Shown piece after piece: positions 1 to 11,290 of a stretch of DNA of 64,000 nucleotides (within the stretch, counting starts at the first letter, position 1; every line of letters begins with the position of its first letter). The notes under the pieces were generated by a model that did not search any database, was not told the DNA's origin, and saw nothing but the letters and a program-made list of their open reading frames with translations. The translations under genes were made by a program, and so were the position numbers. The stretch covers positions 12,028,001 through 12,092,000 of the forward strand of contig JAQFVV010000006.1 of NCBI GenBank assembly GCA_028023455.1. The letters run 5' to 3'. The DNA comes from Epiperipatus broadwayi (Eukaryota > Animalia > Onychophora).

Positions 1-387
1 ACAGTACTTTTCTGAAAACACACACACATTTGACATGGGTTCTTTTTAAGTTTATATGCACACTATAAATTAACATTATAATATAAACAAATTTTTAAAA
101 AATAATAAAGTTATCAATAATAAATTGTGGGAGCACATTACGTATATATTTACAATGTGTGTATTTTTCTTTCCAATCATATTTATTAGAAGTAAATAAA
201 AAACATTGTACTGCACTATGTTTTTATTTCTTTACAATAAAGTGAACATTAAAAATATTAGACTATTGAGTTTCTGAAGCTATTGGTATATCAAAATAAC
301 ACAGCATCACAAACGTTTGTTCTGGACGATAAACAATTAATAAGTAATTCAAAAGATAAAACCTGATTTTTTAATAAAAATTGCATC

Positions 388-680
388 ATTTATAAATGGA
401 GATGTAAGCATGGCAATGGATATACAGAGGAATCAAGATGTACACTGGAGGAAAGAACGAAAGAGCACTTGCTGTTATTAAGAAGGATTCAAAAAATGAA
501 ACAAAATCGTAATGGAAATGATAATGTTTCAGCATCATTTTTTATGACCATAATAGATTATGCAGATATGGTTTTAATTTGAATTATAATAATGTAAAAA
601 TATTGCAAATTGAAAGAAACAACAATAAAAGAAAAATATGAGAAGCCAATGTAAATTTATAAATATAAGAAAGACTTAAT
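388..680 (+). mobile_element. Penelope-like element GIY-YIG endonuclease remnant (frameshifted)
   Basis: From 388 reads IYKWRCKHGNGYTEESRCTLEERTKEH (GIY-YIG pattern IYKIxC..YIGET.R.L.ER.KEH); after a frameshift YGFNLNYNNVKILQIERNNNKRKI*EA, the typical C-terminal part. Confidence 0.85.
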
Positions 681-741
681 AAATAGACAAGCTGCAAATG
701 TAAAAATTACGAAATTGTGGGAAGGTTAGCTTTTGAAAGTG

Positions 742-783
742 TTAGTTGACAAAGAGTACGAAGATAGTTGAAAGTGCTCCTAA
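742..783 (+). ncRNA. Decayed minimal type I hammerhead ribozyme at the 3' end of the Penelope remnant
   Basis: TTAG-ttgacaa-agagta cgaaga tagtt-GAAA-gtgc-TC-CTAA. Stem I TTAG/CTAA pairs; reverting CpG transitions gives CUGACGA and palindromic stem III AGCGCU. Confidence 0.6.
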
Positions 784-907
784 GTAGATAAAAGTTTTTT
801 AAAGTTGTACTTTACATATATTTGGATACGTATTTATTAATATTCAATTACAAGATTACGTATATAACTTTGAAGAAATACAGACATTGAATAAGTATAT
901 ATATATA

Positions 908-1410
908 TTGTTCACTAGAGGGGGCTTATCACTAGCTCCAATCAAGCTTTAATTTATAAGTGCTGAAAGAAAAATAATTCAAAATCTTTATCGGAATGTC
1001 CTTATCCCCAGACCAATTGGCTTTGAGCTTATGGCTCATCTCAGTAGAGTGCTAGTACTCCAGATGTTAGATCCAAAATACTAACCCAAAAGTCACCACT
1101 TATATAATATGTTACTATCAATTGGAAAACATGAACTTTTCAGACATGTAAAAATGTATTCAAATCCAGCCTTACAAACCAGATAGCTATATGGGAAGCA
1201 CTGACTTTTGAGTTGGATCTTTTGGATTTAGTGTCTAGAGTCCTAGTTCCCCACTGATATGAGCCATAAGCTCAAAATCAATTGGTCTAGAGATAAGGAC
1301 ATTCTGATAGAGATTTTGAATTCTTTTTCTTTCGGCACTTATAAATTAAAGCTTGACTGAAGCAAGCGGTAATCTCCCTCTAGTGAACATTTTAATACAA
1401 GCTTAAAAGC
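908..1410. mobile_element. Family C hammerhead element, head-to-head inverted pair
   Basis: Arms are reverse complements (tgttcactagag / ctctagtgaaca). Hammerhead motifs at 1007-1048 (-) and 1250-1291 (+): GAGC-CATAA-GCTC stem II, CCAATTGG-type stem III, GTC site. Confidence 0.8.
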
Positions 1411-1435
1411 AAGTTACACAATTTTGTGTCTTGGT

Positions 1436-1436
1436 T

Positions 1437-1471
<35 letters not shown>

Positions 1472-1530
1472 TATATAAATCTATAAAAACAATTTGATAT
1501 ATATATATATATATATATATAATCAAATTG
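1436..1530. repeat. (AT)n microsatellites with a small fold-back
   Basis: Two AT runs; ctataaaaacaatttgat and atcaaattgtttttctatag flank the second as inverted arms. Confidence 0.85.
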
Positions 1531-1766
1531 TTTTTCTATAGAAACAGCAGAGGTTGTGTTATGGCCTCTCTATTTCTTTTGATAGCTTTTAAATCCATAC
1601 TGACTTCAGAAGCTATATGATCTCTTGCATTTGCAGTTATTCAGATTCTCAGCTAAATACTTCACGAGAAATTTAATTTTCCAATATAGTATAGGAAAAT
1701 TTACAGAAACATTTTATTGGTTCCTTTTTTTCTTTCCCTAATAATTGTAGTGTAGAAGTATTAGTT

Positions 1767-2130
1767 TTGTCTGAACTGCAATGTTTCTTAACAACTCAAA
1801 GGGTAGTTTTCCAGCTGAAGTCCACTCAGATTGTGTATAAAATCAAATGCCATGAGCCTACTTGCCCATCTGTCTACTGTGGGGAATCTCAGCCCAATCT
1901 ATCAATGTACATTGCAAAACACACCTATCTCTATAATAAGGCAAAAACAAGCAATAAATCTTTTTCAAACACGTTACCTCAACTGGACCCACTTTCATTG
2001 AATCCCTGGTCAACATTGTCTGCATGGAATGCAATGATGATAAATGAAAGATTAAGGAAGTATGGACATTTCTAAAGACCTATACACCATTAACAAGAAA
2101 GAATCCTGCATTCCTTTATCTAAGAAATGG
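1767..2130 (+). mobile_element. Second Penelope-like GIY-YIG remnant
   Basis: ORF 1767-2075 contains IVYKIKCHEPTCPSVYCGESQPNLSMYIAKH, matching VYKIxC..C..YIGET.RNL..R..EH. Confidence 0.8.
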
Positions 2131-2929
2131 CCTACCCACCCCATGTAATGCTATCTATGACTTGAAATAGTCAAAAGCTAGCTAAACAGATTAAGGCAAA
2201 CTAATCATTAAGGTTTCATTAGTAATTGATAAATTTCATTTTATCACTGCAGGAAAGAAATTTATGAATTCTCTTAAATTTTGTAAAAGAGTTATATTTC
2301 ACTTTGCCTTCAAATAATGGATTTATCCAGATCCCATCTCATCTTGTCTGGATTGATTATTCATTCCATGAGCCAATGAATATACAAATAGATAATATAT
2401 GTCCAGATGGCATTTAATGGACCAATAGGCAATGATGCTCATTGAATCTGGATGTTTACATTATGGATGAGGATGTGGCCATAAATAGTCAATCCATTTG
2501 GAGATAAAGCCAGACAACAATTGTCAAAGCCAAATGGCTGTATATATGTTATCCACTATATGGCTGAGCAGTGATACAAGTTCATGCTAGAACTGGAAGT
2601 GACTAGATGTAAATTGAACATGAGGCAAGTTGTCACAGAACTACCATAAGTGTCACTGTTCCTCCTCATAAGCCAAGATATCGCAGTACACCTGGAAGTG
2701 TAGGTAAACTTATAAGGGCACCCGATGACCCTTTCTTCTACAGGTGCATGATTGTTATACTGAACCAATAGTATGTCAAAACTTTTACTGAAGAAATATA
2801 TACACATGCTTTCAATGTGGCCCAAAGAAATGTGTTCAGTAAATGAATTCCTCTGAGAGTAGAGAATGTTGTATTTAGTGAGGGCCCTCCAATATCCTAA
2901 GTACATAAATATATATTAAGAAAATCAGG

Positions 2930-3175
2930 TCATACATTAAATGATCTTAACTTAACAAGCTTGTTTTACAAATCTAGCATAATGAGTTTTGCTAATATCT
3001 CTAAACAAGCTTTTCCAATAAATTCCACAAAAGAAAGCCTTTAAAATCTGTATCTAGAATTATCTTCATCCCTAAACTGGTTTGAAATAATTCTAGATAG
3101 AGATTTTAAATGCTTTCTTTTGTGACATTTATTGGGAAAGCTTGTTTAGAGCTATTGGCACGCTCATTATATAAT
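2930..3175. mobile_element. Family B element, inverted pair of 3' portions
   Basis: aagcttttccaataaattccacaaaagaaagcctttaaaatct mirrored by agattttaaatgctttcttttgtgacatttattgggaaagctt; same family as 19005 and 39925. Confidence 0.75.
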
Positions 3176-3419
3176 ATTTATAATTTTCATTTTTTTTGGA
3201 TGGCATATAGTAGTATATACTGATTCAGTACATATGGCTTCATTACAATTAAAACAATAAAAATGATGTCTGTATTAACAACTTATGAACACATTTATAA
3301 TCATAAGTAATAAAAACATATATATCTTTATTAGACACCAAGTTATTATAGTCAAATGGTTAAAACAATTCAAATCGATCACCATTTTTAGTTTCGTTCA
3401 ATAAGAAGAAATAAATAGT

Positions 3420-3850
3420 AAATTCACATAAACATAGAAATACATTGTATTTATAAATTGAACTATTTCTATCATCTAATATTAAGTATTGAATGACTTT
3501 AAAAAAATTTAACTTTATTTAAATTTTCCAATTACATTCGTCTGTTAATAACACCCAGATTAGTATATGCATGACATTTCAATGGTATTATTCTCATCTC
3601 TTCTTCAGGTGTTACTGGCTTAACTAGTGACAGTATTAGCATAAGAATCAAACCTGGACTCTTAGATTCTTGAATATTTTGAATTTTAAGCTTCAATTGA
3701 AGAAGAGAGAATAATAATACTATTCAAAACATTGCGCACATACTAACCTGTGTGCTATTGAATATAACTGAAAAATTTAAATAAATTTCAATTTTTCTAA
3801 AGACATTCAATACTTAATATTAATTAAATGATGGAAATAGTCCAATATAT
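3420..3850 (-). mobile_element. Family G element (tRNA-like head plus hammerhead) with inverted 3' tail
   Basis: Minus strand ACAC-CTGAAGA...CCATT-GAAA-TGTC at ~3569-3612; tail repeated on + at ~3770-3850; homologous to 23620, 37280, 42805, 60835. Confidence 0.7.
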
Positions 3851-3892
3851 AAATACATCTAAAATACAATCGTCACAAATCTTAAATTAAAA

Positions 3893-4300
3893 CAAGCAAA
3901 ACTCTCTAAACAGTAATGCCACTCAGTGCCAACCAGAGTAATCAATAGATGCCAGAAGGCTTGTGCATAAAATCCCTATCTAGTGCCTACTCATCCAATA
4001 TCCCCAGACTAGTTTCTGGCTTGTGGCCTTTGTCAATGAGGACCCTTGGATCTGAGAGCACTGCACCTAGATTTTAGGATCTAATGCAACCCTCCAGCAG
4101 CCACCTTTTATCTTTACTTAACTACAAAACTATGAGAATAAAATTGAAAACACAATAATATTTTCAATCTAAGCTCATAGTCATATGGGTCTGAACCCAG
4201 TTCAGTACCCATACATTTTAGGGTCTTTGACTTTTTAACAACCATAGTCACCACTATGCTATTAAGCGGGATTGGTGATCATGTGATGTTTAGTGGTCAT
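3893..4300 (-). mobile_element. Family A hammerhead element, near full length
   Basis: Hammerhead 4003-4040 (-): CTCA-ttgacaa-AGGC CACAA GCCA-GAAA-CTAG-TC-TGGG; short inverted 3' end ggtgatcatgtgatgtttagtggt at ~4275-4300. Confidence 0.85.
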
Positions 4301-4619
4301 CACAAATCTTCTGGAAAACACATAGAAATAAATGTTTCAATAATTAATTTGCAGACATATTGTCTCAGTAAAATATAAATTAACATTTGATTTAAATAAT
4401 TATAATATATTAAAACAATTTACATCAAAACAATTGTAATCCTGTATCCACTGTGATTTAGTTTCAAGCCTTCATGTGGATTCTTGAATCAGTGGATAAT
4501 AGCCAACATTTTATTGTGCACAAATGTAACATATGTATCTATATTAATTTAAAAATTATATGCATTGAATATCAAAATAAAAATTATTACAAAAACGAAA
4601 TATATTTAAATGGATACTG

Positions 4620-4975
4620 TCCTATACATGAGGGGTCAGAGTGACTTGAGGTCAACATGGGCATGACAACAATATTGGCATCAGTATGGGATTTGGGAAT
4701 TCTATCATCAGATTTTCAATGGTATGGATGGCTGAAGAGTTGGAGGTTGGAGTAGGCTGAAGCCTGTCCATTAAAGTGTAAGGATTTGCTATCTTAATAT
4801 AAACTGAGCACTGATTATATATATGTATGGGAGATGAGTGTTGGTGCAGCACAAAATATGTATATTGGTAATTATTTATCTTTTTTGCATGTGTGTGGTC
4901 ATGTGTATCAGTAGTATGAGATAGTGTGGATAGTTAAGGGGTTTGAAAGTCTGAGTTCAAATCCCATATATTTAA
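4620..4975 (+). mobile_element. Family E hammerhead element
   Basis: gagatgagtgttggtgcagcacaaaatatgtatattgg at ~4832-4870, followed by B-box-like gagttcaaatccc; homologous to 24800-25185 and 59335-59700. Confidence 0.8.
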
Positions 4976-5674
4976 AAACGAAATAGTATAAATTTTGATA
5001 AAGCACATTCATAAGAGGAAAGAGAGCACATTTATGTATGTATGCACAATATTTCATGAACGGACTCATTTTTATTGAATACACAGTCAATCTCAGGGTA
5101 CTATTCTTTATATCTCTACTAAATCAGCTATTTTCATTTTATGACATAAACAAAACACTTAATGGCTTCTCTTAGGTTTGATACAATTTCTAACCTCATT
5201 AACTTTGTGCGATTTTTAAACACAATTTTTTTATTCAATAATGCATAACAGTCATATGACGTAGACATCGATTATGACCCCATAATTAAATTCAGTTCTG
5301 AGGGTGTAAAAAAAAGAAAATGATTAATTCATATACCATTCATATTGGGGGTGCATACTATATAGTTTCAGATTTATAATTTTCTTAGTTTTTTTTTTTT
5401 ACGTTTAATTTAATATTTTTTTTTTCAAAACATAAATACAAAAAGACATAATCAAAAAAAAGCTTTTAACATGCCATTATATGAATAATGAGCGAGAAGA
5501 TAACAGACTTCTTATTCCCAGATAGTGAGGATTTGAACATTCTGTTATATCCTCTAACGAGTAAGAGCTAAATACCTTTTTACCAGCCAAAATTGAATAC
5601 TATAAATGAGAAAACAAATAGACAACATTAACACCTTTTAAAAAATTAAGAGGTTGAAATGAAGTTATTATTAG

Positions 5675-5872
5675 AAAATATGGCACAAGATGGACAAAGC
5701 CTTTAAACTGAATCCATGATGCAAAAAAGACTATGAGTGAAATGAATGGATGAAATAGAGACGTTTACTGGAGTGATGTGGAGAATAGTGTTAGAGTATG
5801 GTTCAAAGAAACTGGATTAAGCTTGAAAAGAACCTTCTGCAGAGGATGAACAACGGTTGGAAATAATAATGT
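5675..5872 (+). mobile_element. RTE-type LINE 3' end, degenerate
   Basis: Aligns by eye to 47712-47996 (ggatgaaatagagacgtttactggagtgatgtggaga). Confidence 0.65.
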
Positions 5873-6649
5873 CATGATTGGACAATCAGCTATATTTGCC
5901 TCACAATACCTAGAAGGAAAAATCCTAAACTTGATTGGAACTTAAAAAAAAATTTCAAATTTTACCCAAAGGGAATTCAAACTGAAATTGAGAACACGTT
6001 TAAACAGAAAAATATTTTTACCAGGATTAAATATTATATTATTTTAGTTTTTTAAGTGCTCAAAAAATTCATTTAAATATTTATTTCTGTAAAAGTATAT
6101 ATAAGTATCTATCCAAAAGGAAATTCGAAATCAGTACTTAATGTGTACTATATCCACATATTCAACTTAGATCATCGTTGAAGGTAGTTTGTATTGGTCA
6201 CCCGTTTGGACATAATTTATTCTAATATATATTTAGAATTGCATCGTAAGTTAACAAGACTTTACATAATTAACTATTTAATCTGAAAAAAATAAATTAT
6301 TTTTTTAATAATAATAAAAAAGTTTAATGAAACTGTAATATGAATATACATGAAAAATTATTTCATTCTTTTTTAAAAACAAAGCCGAAGTATAAAAAAT
6401 TAATAAACATTTTAAAATCACTTTCGACTTTCAATTAATTTTTTTAAAATATGTCTCTTGAGGAAATTAATGGAAAAAAAATTGCATTTATTATTTATGC
6501 TTTTTATAACGTTATAAAGATTATTATTTAAAAATTAATTTTAAAAAGTTAAAAAAAACCATATCCACATAAATAGTAATCAAATATACATATATGTGTG
6601 CATATAAAATCATATCAATTTCTTATTTATTTAATACGTACAAGCGTGT

Positions 6650-9600
6650 GGTTTATCTATGGATGCATTCTATGGTTATTAATTCAAAAGTTAATCTATG
6701 GAAAGTTTTTAATAATTTGAAATGCAAACTACGTTAATAATTAAAACTCAAATGCTTTATTAACTATTGATGGAAGAAAATCTTTAGCTTGCAAGCCATT
6801 AGCTTTTGAATGTGAGTGAATATAAATACCTGGGTAGCATGTAGGTAGAAAGATGAATATGAATATTGATTTCGAACCCTCTAACCCCAAGATAGTTTGC
6901 ATAGAGCAAAACATCAAACGGAAAAATAGGGAGGTGTACTTCATTACTGGTAATAATAACTCTATCAATAGACGCGACGACTCCTTCGACATCTCCAAAC
7001 GCTGGGCTATCTAAATAATTTGCATCTTTTACATATCGCTATTATCTCTCTGTTCTGCATTGCTCAGTATTGCTATGAATATAAGGCAACCCGCCTCGAA
7101 AGCGCTCAGCGTTTAATAGTTTTGCACTCTTCTCTTTCAAGCGCTTCACACACTTTCAATTTTATTTATTATAATATTAAGAGAGAAGTTTAAAATTCTT
7201 AATAATTTACAAGTTAAAATATATAATACTTCACCATAGTAATATGATTTTTAAGTAGAAAGATGAATGCAAATGGCCAATTTTAATATGCTACTATTAT
7301 ATTTAGCTAATTAAAAAAATCGATTTTATCATAGTGGTATGATTAATGCAATTAAATTTACTGTATATAGAGCTGTTTACACTGACTAATTTATTGTATG
7401 GAAGTAATATTTGGACTCTCTACAACATATCATAAGGGTAATATATTTTTTATTCAAAGTTGTTACTAGTAAAATTTCTAATAATATATATGTAAATATT
7501 TTATAATAATAATTGTAATTATCTTGCTAAAATTTTATATAGAACTGACATATTAATAATCAATAAAGTATGCTATATACAGCACGACTTGTTTTAAGCT
7601 TATATTACAGATATGTAATATAGGGAGTGTAGCAATAGCTCTCTCAAGCTCTTATTGACGAGTGCCACAAGAGAAAGCATTTAAAGTCTCTATTCCTATT
7701 CTCGGACCGATCGGTTTCAAGCTTTTGGCTCACTTCAGTGAGGAGCTAGGACATTCAAACACTAGATCTAAAATATCAACCCAAAACTGCACTTATCTAA
7801 TATTTAACTATTAAATAGAAAATCTAAAATTTTCAGACATGTAAATGTCTTTATATCCACCTTTGGTGATGTTATATTGATGAGGCTATTAAGATATGGT
7901 GAGACTGAAGTATTTTCAGACCCATATAGCTATTTAAATTGAATAGCTGGATTTAAAGACATTTATTGTCTGAAAATTTCAGATTTTCTACTTAATAGTG
8001 AAACAGTGAGATTCGTATTCGAATCTTAAGTTTCACCTTTTTCTGTCGTCTCTCACTGACCGGTCTATCCCGCCCAAATTTAAACTTTTTGGTATCGAGT
8101 TGTGTGTGTGGCAATATTAAAAATGTATAAATATGTGTAGAATTCAGCATGGATACGCACACATTTCGATCTCAAATTAAAGGCAATAAATAGGGATAAA
8201 ATAATATAATTTAGATTTCTTTTAGTTATATAATTTTGTATAATTTTGATCATTTATTTTGGATTATAAAGTTTGTATTTATTGCTTTGTTTAAATTTCG
8301 TTTAATAATAATTCTAAAAAAATCTGATGTAATATTTAATTAAAAGTTAAAATAATCTTATGTTTCCTTTTTGTCTTTGAAATTTAAAAGCATCGGTCAG
8401 TGATAGATAATAGATTAATTAAAGAAAAATCCCCCAAAATGTAATTAGTAAATGTAAAATGTAAACAATAGAACGGCAGCTTTCTTTAATTAAAACCAAC
8501 AAAATGCATTGATTATCCTCAGGGCAGATTAAGTAGAACCTAAAAATACCTTAACAAAAATGTGAGATCAAGATAAGAAAAGAGGCCATCTTAGACTTGC
8601 TGGAGACATTCACTTCAACTTTAGCTTTGCTCTCGATCACTGAGAGTCTCCAAAATATAAAAATAAATTGTTCCTGCCAAGGTATGACCGAGTAAAAGCA
8701 CCTAGATTATTCTCCATCGGGAGATGGCCTATCGGATGCCGAACTTTCCATTGCCCATCATAAATTCACCATGAAGATCTGCTGCCTGAAATAAATGAGA
8801 AAGCTGCTGCTGCTGTGAAAGTAAATGAAATATAAATACAAGAAAGAATTGCCATTCGTGAACTTTTTGCTGCTAAACTAATGGAATCAGAAAACTTCTT
8901 ATAAAACAGGTACCTGTCTGTGTTCAAACTCTAGAGTACTCTAATAATATGCTATAGCACTTCTTCATATTACTTATCTAAATTATAAAATGTAAAAACT
9001 GTCATTTGTATAACTAAAATTGAATAATTAATTTAATGTGTAAATTTCTCTAATAATCTAGCTTACCTCACTCTATCTTTCTTGGGTGCATATTTCTCAA
9101 ATCTACATTTTATCTATCATTATTATTTAATTATTGCATGCTCATAATTGTCTCAATTTTCAAAGTTTAAATCTATGATCGCTTGGAACAATGAATGCAT
9201 GTCAAATTTTCATTAATATTTGCTTTCATAACTAACTTAACTTTCATATAAATCGACACGTATTTAATGCATCATTTATTGTAATGCAGGGGTCTACTAC
9301 TTCGCAAATGGCTGATGTATTAGTTATAATAATTCCCAATTTATATACGTTTTGTATTTATTAAATCATCATGAATAATTCCAGAAAATTACATTTCTTT
9401 GAGAGTCACCAATGTTCTTTAGTAAATGTTGATAATGTAGGGCCGAATTAGAAATCTATTTAAATCTTATCATAATCATTTATACTTATACATGTGTTAC
9501 ATTTTAAAGACGCGATGATCTATTCCACCATAAATATTCCGGATTCTTCAGGGTTAAAAGTAACCCCAGTCATCCTACACAAGCGGACATAATAAATGCT

Positions 9601-10570
9601 CCCGTAGGATTTGACCCGTCATGCAGCCAGCTGGCAAATTGCAACACGGACCGCTTGTCCCTGGTTATGCTTATGTGACACCTTACTTCATCGGGCCAAG
9701 GCAGAGACCAGCCCGACAGTCTTATAAACTCATTCGTGGCATTGCAGTTTCAATATACTGCCATTCCATATCGCCTTTCTAAAGCGTACCACGTGTTCCT
9801 TTACTTAATTTTATTATTCTATATATCACTCCGCCTCTGCATTATCTTCTTAATTCACTCTCAAATAAATGTTTGCCCTTAGTCATAAAATAAATATTTT
9901 AATTAAATAAATATATGTCCGCCCTACTCTTAAATCTTACTTTAGACTCTTGCATTGCAAAGGTATAAATCCATCCAGGCATGCATTAGAAATACTTACT
10001 CGAGAATTTTAGGTAGCTAGATTACGCCTTCAAATAAATGAATTCCTTTTGTAAACATTACAGTATCGGAAATACCGATACTGAAGTCCTCAATATAAAA
10101 TAATGTCTAAATAAATAAATGTATTCTTTAAAATATAATAGTATTGCAAATCCCGCTAATGAAGCTTTGAATCCATAAAATATTATTAGTAAATGATTTT
10201 CTTATTAAAATGTGTGAATAAATAATTTTAAACTATACGTCTGCAGTTACGTTTCATTTATTCGATACCCATTCTATATAATATTTCCTCGATTATGTAA
10301 ATATGAATGTTTAATTAATATTAGTTTGATTATTGGCTAACTCGAAAATAAAATCATGAATCTCTTGCATATCCCTGACCACCATGCCTAAAGAAATATT
10401 TCCTAATGTCGCATCAGATGCATTGTTTCAGGGATTGTATTGTGGAACCGATAAACTATGTTCGAACTCAGTAACACGGGTGGCTTCGCTACCTCGATGG
10501 TGCTGCTGTTCTGTGTGGTGGTCGAATTCTGCACTATGTTTAAGAGTCACACATTTTCTGACTGTTACAA
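6650..10570. promoter_or_regulatory. CpG-retaining island-like region with GC-richer patches
   Basis: Frequent CG in non-repeat patches at 6.9-7.15, 8.0-8.2, 8.6-8.8, 9.5-9.85 and 10.4-10.55 kb, against a strongly CG-depleted background. Confidence 0.45.
7605..8000. mobile_element. Family C hammerhead element
   Basis: 7701-7742 (-): CTCA-CTGAAGT-GAGC CAAAA GCTT-GAAA-CCGATCGG-TC-CGAG; opposite-orientation arm at ~7900-8000. Confidence 0.8.
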
Positions 10571-10589
10571 TAGTTATGTATTAGATAAG

Positions 10590-10800
10590 TGCTGGCTTTT
10601 GAGTTGGTATTTTAGATCTAGTGTCTGAATGTCATAGCTCCTCATTGAGGTGAGTCAAAAGCTCAAAACCAATTGGTGTGAGAATAGGGATAGAGATTTT
10701 AAATGCTTTCTCTTGCAGTACTTAGATACTTATCAATAAGAGATTGTTAGAACCTTTAGTACATTCCCTATATTACATATCCAACATATTAATATATATA
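10590..10800 (+). mobile_element. Family C hammerhead element
   Basis: 10641-10682: CTCA-ttgaggt-GAGT CAAAA GCTC-aAAA-CCAATTGG-tg-TGAG. Confidence 0.75.
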
Positions 10801-10804
10801 TACT

Positions 10805-11290
10805 TAGAAGGGATTTGAACTCAGACTTTCAAGCTCCCTACAGCTATTCACTCTATCTTGTACAACTGATATACATGACAACATATATGTAAAAATGGTA
10901 AATGATTTCCAATATCTATCTGCCTATCTGCCTGTCTGTAATGTGCTCAGTTTATATTAAGACAGCAAATCTTCAAACTTAAATGGGAAGGCTTCAATAT
11001 TCTCCACTTCCAACTCTTCAGCCATCCATTTCATTGAAAATCTAATGCTGGGATGCTCAAAACTCTTGTTAATGCTTTTCCATTTAAGTTTGACGATTTG
11101 CTATCTTAATATAAACTGAGCACTGATTATATAGATGTGTGGAAGATAATAATCTGGAAGAAGTGATGAGTGCTGGTTCAACATGAAATATGTATATTGG
11201 AGATTTTTTTTTTTTCACATGTATGTGGTCATGTATATGATAGAGTGGATAGCTGTAGGGAGCTCGAAAGTGTGAGTTCAAATGCTTTCT
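10805..11290. mobile_element. Family E element, inverted pair
   Basis: Left arm (-) and right arm (+) mirror each other; motif gtgatga-GTGC TGGTTCA acat-GAAA-TATGTA-TA-TTGG at ~11163-11200. Confidence 0.75.

Noticed and set aside
2556-2906. 116-aa minus-strand ORF
   Set aside because: No recognisable motif in any frame; probably a decayed repeat.
6741-6998. 85-aa minus-strand ORF and overlapping short frames
   Set aside because: Several frames on both strands are briefly open; no consistent splice chain or known motif.
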